Source: an uncultured Spirochaetota bacterium
GTDB lineage: Bacteria > Spirochaetota > Spirochaetia > SZUA-6 > Fen-1364
Assembly (NCBI GenBank): GCA_963745235.1
Contig: CAVUXE010000037.1
Coordinates: forward strand, 64,001 to 128,000
DNA: 64,000 bases
Direction: 5' to 3'
The notes under the pieces were generated by a model. The model ran no database searches. It was not told where the DNA came from and saw only the letters and a program-made list of their open reading frames with translations. The position numbers and the translations under genes are program-made. Of this stretch, positions 60,966 through 64,000 are shown piece by piece (the first letter of the stretch is position 1; each line of letters begins with the position of its first letter).

Positions 60966-63287
60966 TCAGAGTCTCACGGTAATTTCCTCTGCTCCCTTTG
61001 CGGGCAGGATCAGGGTTCCTTCAGGGCTGTTCCTGGAGGATCCGTTTTCCACTGCGCTCACCCCCGGCACGTTCCTCAGGCAGACGCTCCAGGGCTTCCC
61101 TGATCCCTTTGCCTTGAGGGTCACGGTGCCGGCATCGAGCCTGACGCTCAGGCCTGTCTCCAGGCCGCCTTCGGTTGATATGACCGAGGCGGTGCATTCG
61201 GCGCCCTCCGCGGGATCGAACACGTGGAAGACCACGCCGTCCGCGTAGTCGTAATCGGGCCTCGTGTCCACCGCCCCCATGGCGATGATGCTTCCCGGTC
61301 GTACCATGAGGGGGAGACTCATGTATCCGTGAGTCTCCGTTCTCCAGCGACCCCCGTCAACGACGTTTCCGCTGAGCAGGCTGGTCCACCTTCCGGACGG
61401 CAGGTAGTAGGACACCGTGCCGTCGTCCCTGAATATCGGCGCCACCAGGAGGGAAGGGCCGAGCATGTACTGCCTGTCCAGCCAGGAGCAGGCGGGGTCC
61501 TCGGGGAACTCCAGCATCATGGCGCGCATCATGGGGATTCCATCCCGCGAGGCCTCTCCAGCCGCGCCGAACAGGTAGGGCATGAGCCGGCATTTCAGCT
61601 GGACGAAGAAACGCAGCACGTCAACGGATTCTTCTCCGAACAGCCAGGGAACGCGGTAGGATTCGTTTCCGTGGAGGCGGCTGTGAGACGAAAGCAGCCC
61701 GAAGGCGGCCCAGCGCCGGTAGAGGTCCGGCGTTGCCGTCTTCTCGAACCCGCTGATGTCGTGGCTCCAGAACCCGAAGCCCGAAAGACCGAGGGACAGG
61801 CCTCCGCGCAGGCTTTCGGCCATGGACTCGTAGGTGGCGGAGCAGTCCCCTCCCCAGTGGACCGGAAACTTCTGCCCTCCAACCGTGGCGGATCGGGCAA
61901 AGACGAGGGCCTTCCCCTCGCCCTGGACCTCTCTCAGAACTTCGAACACGGCCTTGTTGTACAGATATGCGTAATAGTTGTGCATCCGCAGGGGGTCGGA
62001 CCCGTCGTGGTAGACTACGTCAGTCGGGATGCGCTCTCCGAAGTCAGTCTTGAAGCAGTCCACGCCCGCGGCCAGGAGGTCCCGCAGCCTGCCCTGGTAC
62101 CAGGAGACGGCTTGCGGGTTCGTGAAATCCACCAGGCCCATTCCCGCCTGCCAGCGGTCCCACTGCCACACGCCCCCGTCGGGCTTCTTCACGAGATAGC
62201 CATGCTTCATCCCCTCGTCGAAGAGCCGCGACTTCTGGGCGATGTACGGGTTGATCCAGACGCTGATCCGCAGCCCCTTGTCCTTCAGCCTGCGGAGGAT
62301 GCCCCGCGGATCCGGGAATTGCTCGGCATCCCATTCGAAATCGCACCACTGGAGCTCCTTCATCCAGAAGCAGTCGAAATGAAAGACGTGAAGCGGAATC
62401 CGCCGCTCCCTCATTCCCTCGATGAAAGAGGTGACCGTTGACTCGTCGTAGGCGGTCGTGAAGGAGGTGGTGAGCCACAGCCCGAACGACCACGCGGGCG
62501 GGAGCGCGGGCCGGCCCGTGAGCTCGGTGTATCTGCGAAGCACGTCCTTGGGCGTCGGGCCCCCGATGACGTGGTAGGAAAGCTCCTCCCCCGGCACCGA
62601 GAATTGGGCGCGGGAAACCACTTCGGAGGCAATCTCGAAGGAGACTTTCTCCGGGTGCGCCACAAGGACGCCATACCCCGCGCTGCTCAGGTAGAACGGG
62701 ATGTTCTTGTACGCGAGCTCGCTCGCCGTTCCTCCGTCTTCGTTCCACATATCCACGACCTGGCCGTTTTTGACGAAGGGAGTAAAGCGCTCCCCCAGGC
62801 CGTAGACGCACTCCCCCACTCCCAGGGAGAGCTGCTCCCGCATGTAGGGAGTCCCGTCGGAGTCAAGGAGATACCCCGAGCACGCCTTCCCGCTTCCCGT
62901 CAGGCGCTTTCCGTCGAACAGGAAGTCGACGGCCCACTCACCCGCCGTCCTCACGCTCACCGACAGGCGTCCACTGGACAGGACAACTGCATCTGCCGTT
63001 CTTTCGATCCTCGGGACAAAGCCCTCCCTGGCGGCAAGAGCGAATGCCGGGCCCCGCGCAGGCCCGCCCTTGAAGTGACAGAGATGGACGCGGATCACCT
63101 CCGGCGCGGGGGAGCTGAAGGTGAGGGTGAGCTGCGGCGTGTTCAGCGTGTCTCCCCGATGACGAATGGGTTTGCACGGGGCGTAGACGGTGAGAGTGGA
63201 GGCCGTCCAGCCCACGTCCCGCGCCTCCGCAGGGGCAAACAATCGAACCCCGTCCCGCAGGCCCCAGTAGCCGCTTGTGAACTTCAT
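60966..63287 (-). CDS. yicI: GH31 alpha-xylosidase
   Basis: MKFTSGYW, YGLGERF, FHFDCFWM, FKTDFGE (nucleophile), WGGDC, WSHDISGF, HSRLHG. Confidence 0.95.
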   Translation of the reverse strand: MKFTSGYWGLRDGVRLFAPAEARDVGWTASTLTVYAPCKPIRHRGDTLNTPQLTLTFSSPAPEVIRVHLCHFKGGPARGPAFALAAREGFVPRIERTADAVVLSSGRLSVSVRTAGEWAVDFLFDGKRLTGSGKACSGYLLDSDGTPYMREQLSLGVGECVYGLGERFTPFVKNGQVVDMWNEDGGTASELAYKNIPFYLSSAGYGVLVAHPEKVSFEIASEVVSRAQFSVPGEELSYHVIGGPTPKDVLRRYTELTGRPALPPAWSFGLWLTTSFTTAYDESTVTSFIEGMRERRIPLHVFHFDCFWMKELQWCDFEWDAEQFPDPRGILRRLKDKGLRISVWINPYIAQKSRLFDEGMKHGYLVKKPDGGVWQWDRWQAGMGLVDFTNPQAVSWYQGRLRDLLAAGVDCFKTDFGERIPTDVVYHDGSDPLRMHNYYAYLYNKAVFEVLREVQGEGKALVFARSATVGGQKFPVHWGGDCSATYESMAESLRGGLSLGLSGFGFWSHDISGFEKTATPDLYRRWAAFGLLSSHSRLHGNESYRVPWLFGEESVDVLRFFVQLKCRLMPYLFGAAGEASRDGIPMMRAMMLEFPEDPACSWLDRQYMLGPSLLVAPIFRDDGTVSYYLPSGRWTSLLSGNVVDGGRWRTETHGYMSLPLMVRPGSIIAMGAVDTRPDYDYADGVVFHVFDPAEGAECTASVISTEGGLETGLSVRLDAGTVTLKAKGSGKPWSVCLRNVPGVSAVENGSSRNSPEGTLILPAKGAEEITVRL

Positions 63288-63297
63288 CTGTCTTCCT

Positions 63298-64000
63298 TCA
63301 ACCCTTGACCGCGCCGGCCACCATGCCCTTGATGATGTGCCTCTGCAGGATGAGATAGAAAATGATGGCAGGGGTGATGGTGAGAAGGACTCCCGCCATT
63401 GCGCTCTGCCATTCGATCTTGTACTGGCCGAAGAAGTTGTACGCGGCAAGCTGCAGGGTCTGCGACGCCTTGGACCCGCCGAGGATGAGGAGCGGCAGGA
63501 GAAAGTCGTTCCACATCCACATCGCGTTGATGACAATAACGGAGACCGTCACCGGCTGCAGCAGGGGAAAGGTCACCTGGAAGAACGCGCGCAGGGGCCG
63601 TGCCCCGTCCATGGCCGCGCAGTCATCCAGCTCCGTCGGCACCGTCTTCACGAAGCCGTGGTACAGGAAGAGGGAGAGGGGGACACCGAGGCCCCAGTAG
63701 ACCACGCCGAGCCCCCAGATCGAGTTCGTGAGATGGAAGGTCCTTGCGACTTTCACGAGGGCGATCATGAAGGAGTGGAACGGGATCATCATGGGCGCCA
63801 CGCACACCAGGAACACCAGCCAGCTGATCCGCGTCCGGGTGCGCGAAAGCTTGAACCCGGCAAGGGAGGCCAGGAGAACGACCCCCGCCGTGCCCATGCA
63901 CGTCACGATGAGCGTGTTGATGAACAGGTTCGGGTATCGCATGAGGCGGAATGCATTGGCAAAGTTCTCCCATTCCAGATGGGAGGGCAGCGCAATCACG
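63298..64000 (-). CDS. carbohydrate ABC permease (MalG-like), 5'-truncated by the window edge
   Basis: ELDDCAAMDGA, WMWNDFLLP, GMVAGAVKG. Confidence 0.92.
   Translation of the reverse strand, partial: VIALPSHLEWENFANAFRLMRYPNLFINTLIVTCMGTAGVVLLASLAGFKLSRTRTRISWLVFLVCVAPMMIPFHSFMIALVKVARTFHLTNSIWGLGVVYWGLGVPLSLFLYHGFVKTVPTELDDCAAMDGARPLRAFFQVTFPLLQPVTVSVIVINAMWMWNDFLLPLLILGGSKASQTLQLAAYNFFGQYKIEWQSAMAGVLLTITPAIIFYLILQRHIIKGMVAGAVKG

Overview
GC-rich bacterial chromosome segment, probably from an anaerobic Spirochaetota member. That assignment is an inference from the spirochaete-style lipobox, the SpoIIE/STAS module and the [FeFe]-hydrogenases. About 20 genes are broken by single-base indels, most likely uncorrected long-read errors. 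Contents in order: fabH; aroC-PTS EIIA-PII-like genes (aroC has one in-frame amber codon); an SH3 lipoprotein-btuF-cobU-cobT-cobS cobamide salvage cluster; a hydCBA bifurcating-type [FeFe]-hydrogenase operon with a Rex box that continues into a sensory [FeFe]-hydrogenase-histidine kinase fusion, a lone receiver, a hybrid kinase and an MFS; a divergent partner-switching operon (Cache-HAMP sensor with no output domain, membrane GAF-PP2C, STAS, RsbW-like kinase, unknown 387-aa protein); adenylate cyclase, HAD and cupin; kdpFABCDE; acyl-CoA synthetase with XRE-cupin regulator; rubrerythrin-VIT1 with an SMR-like pair; a TetR-TolC-RND-MFP efflux operon; PPi-PFK; two paralogous polyol ABC cassettes diverging from a NarL-type two-component system, sharing a 43-bp GTAC-rich upstream box plus a 2x84-bp repeat; an ABC exporter, AKR, DinB, HldC-like and YbhB genes; alpha-xylosidase and a truncated permease. 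I found no rRNA, tRNA, CRISPR array or mobile element. The best candidates for undescribed systems are the H2-sensing phosphorelay, the split-sensor partner switch and the GTAC-box polyol regulon.
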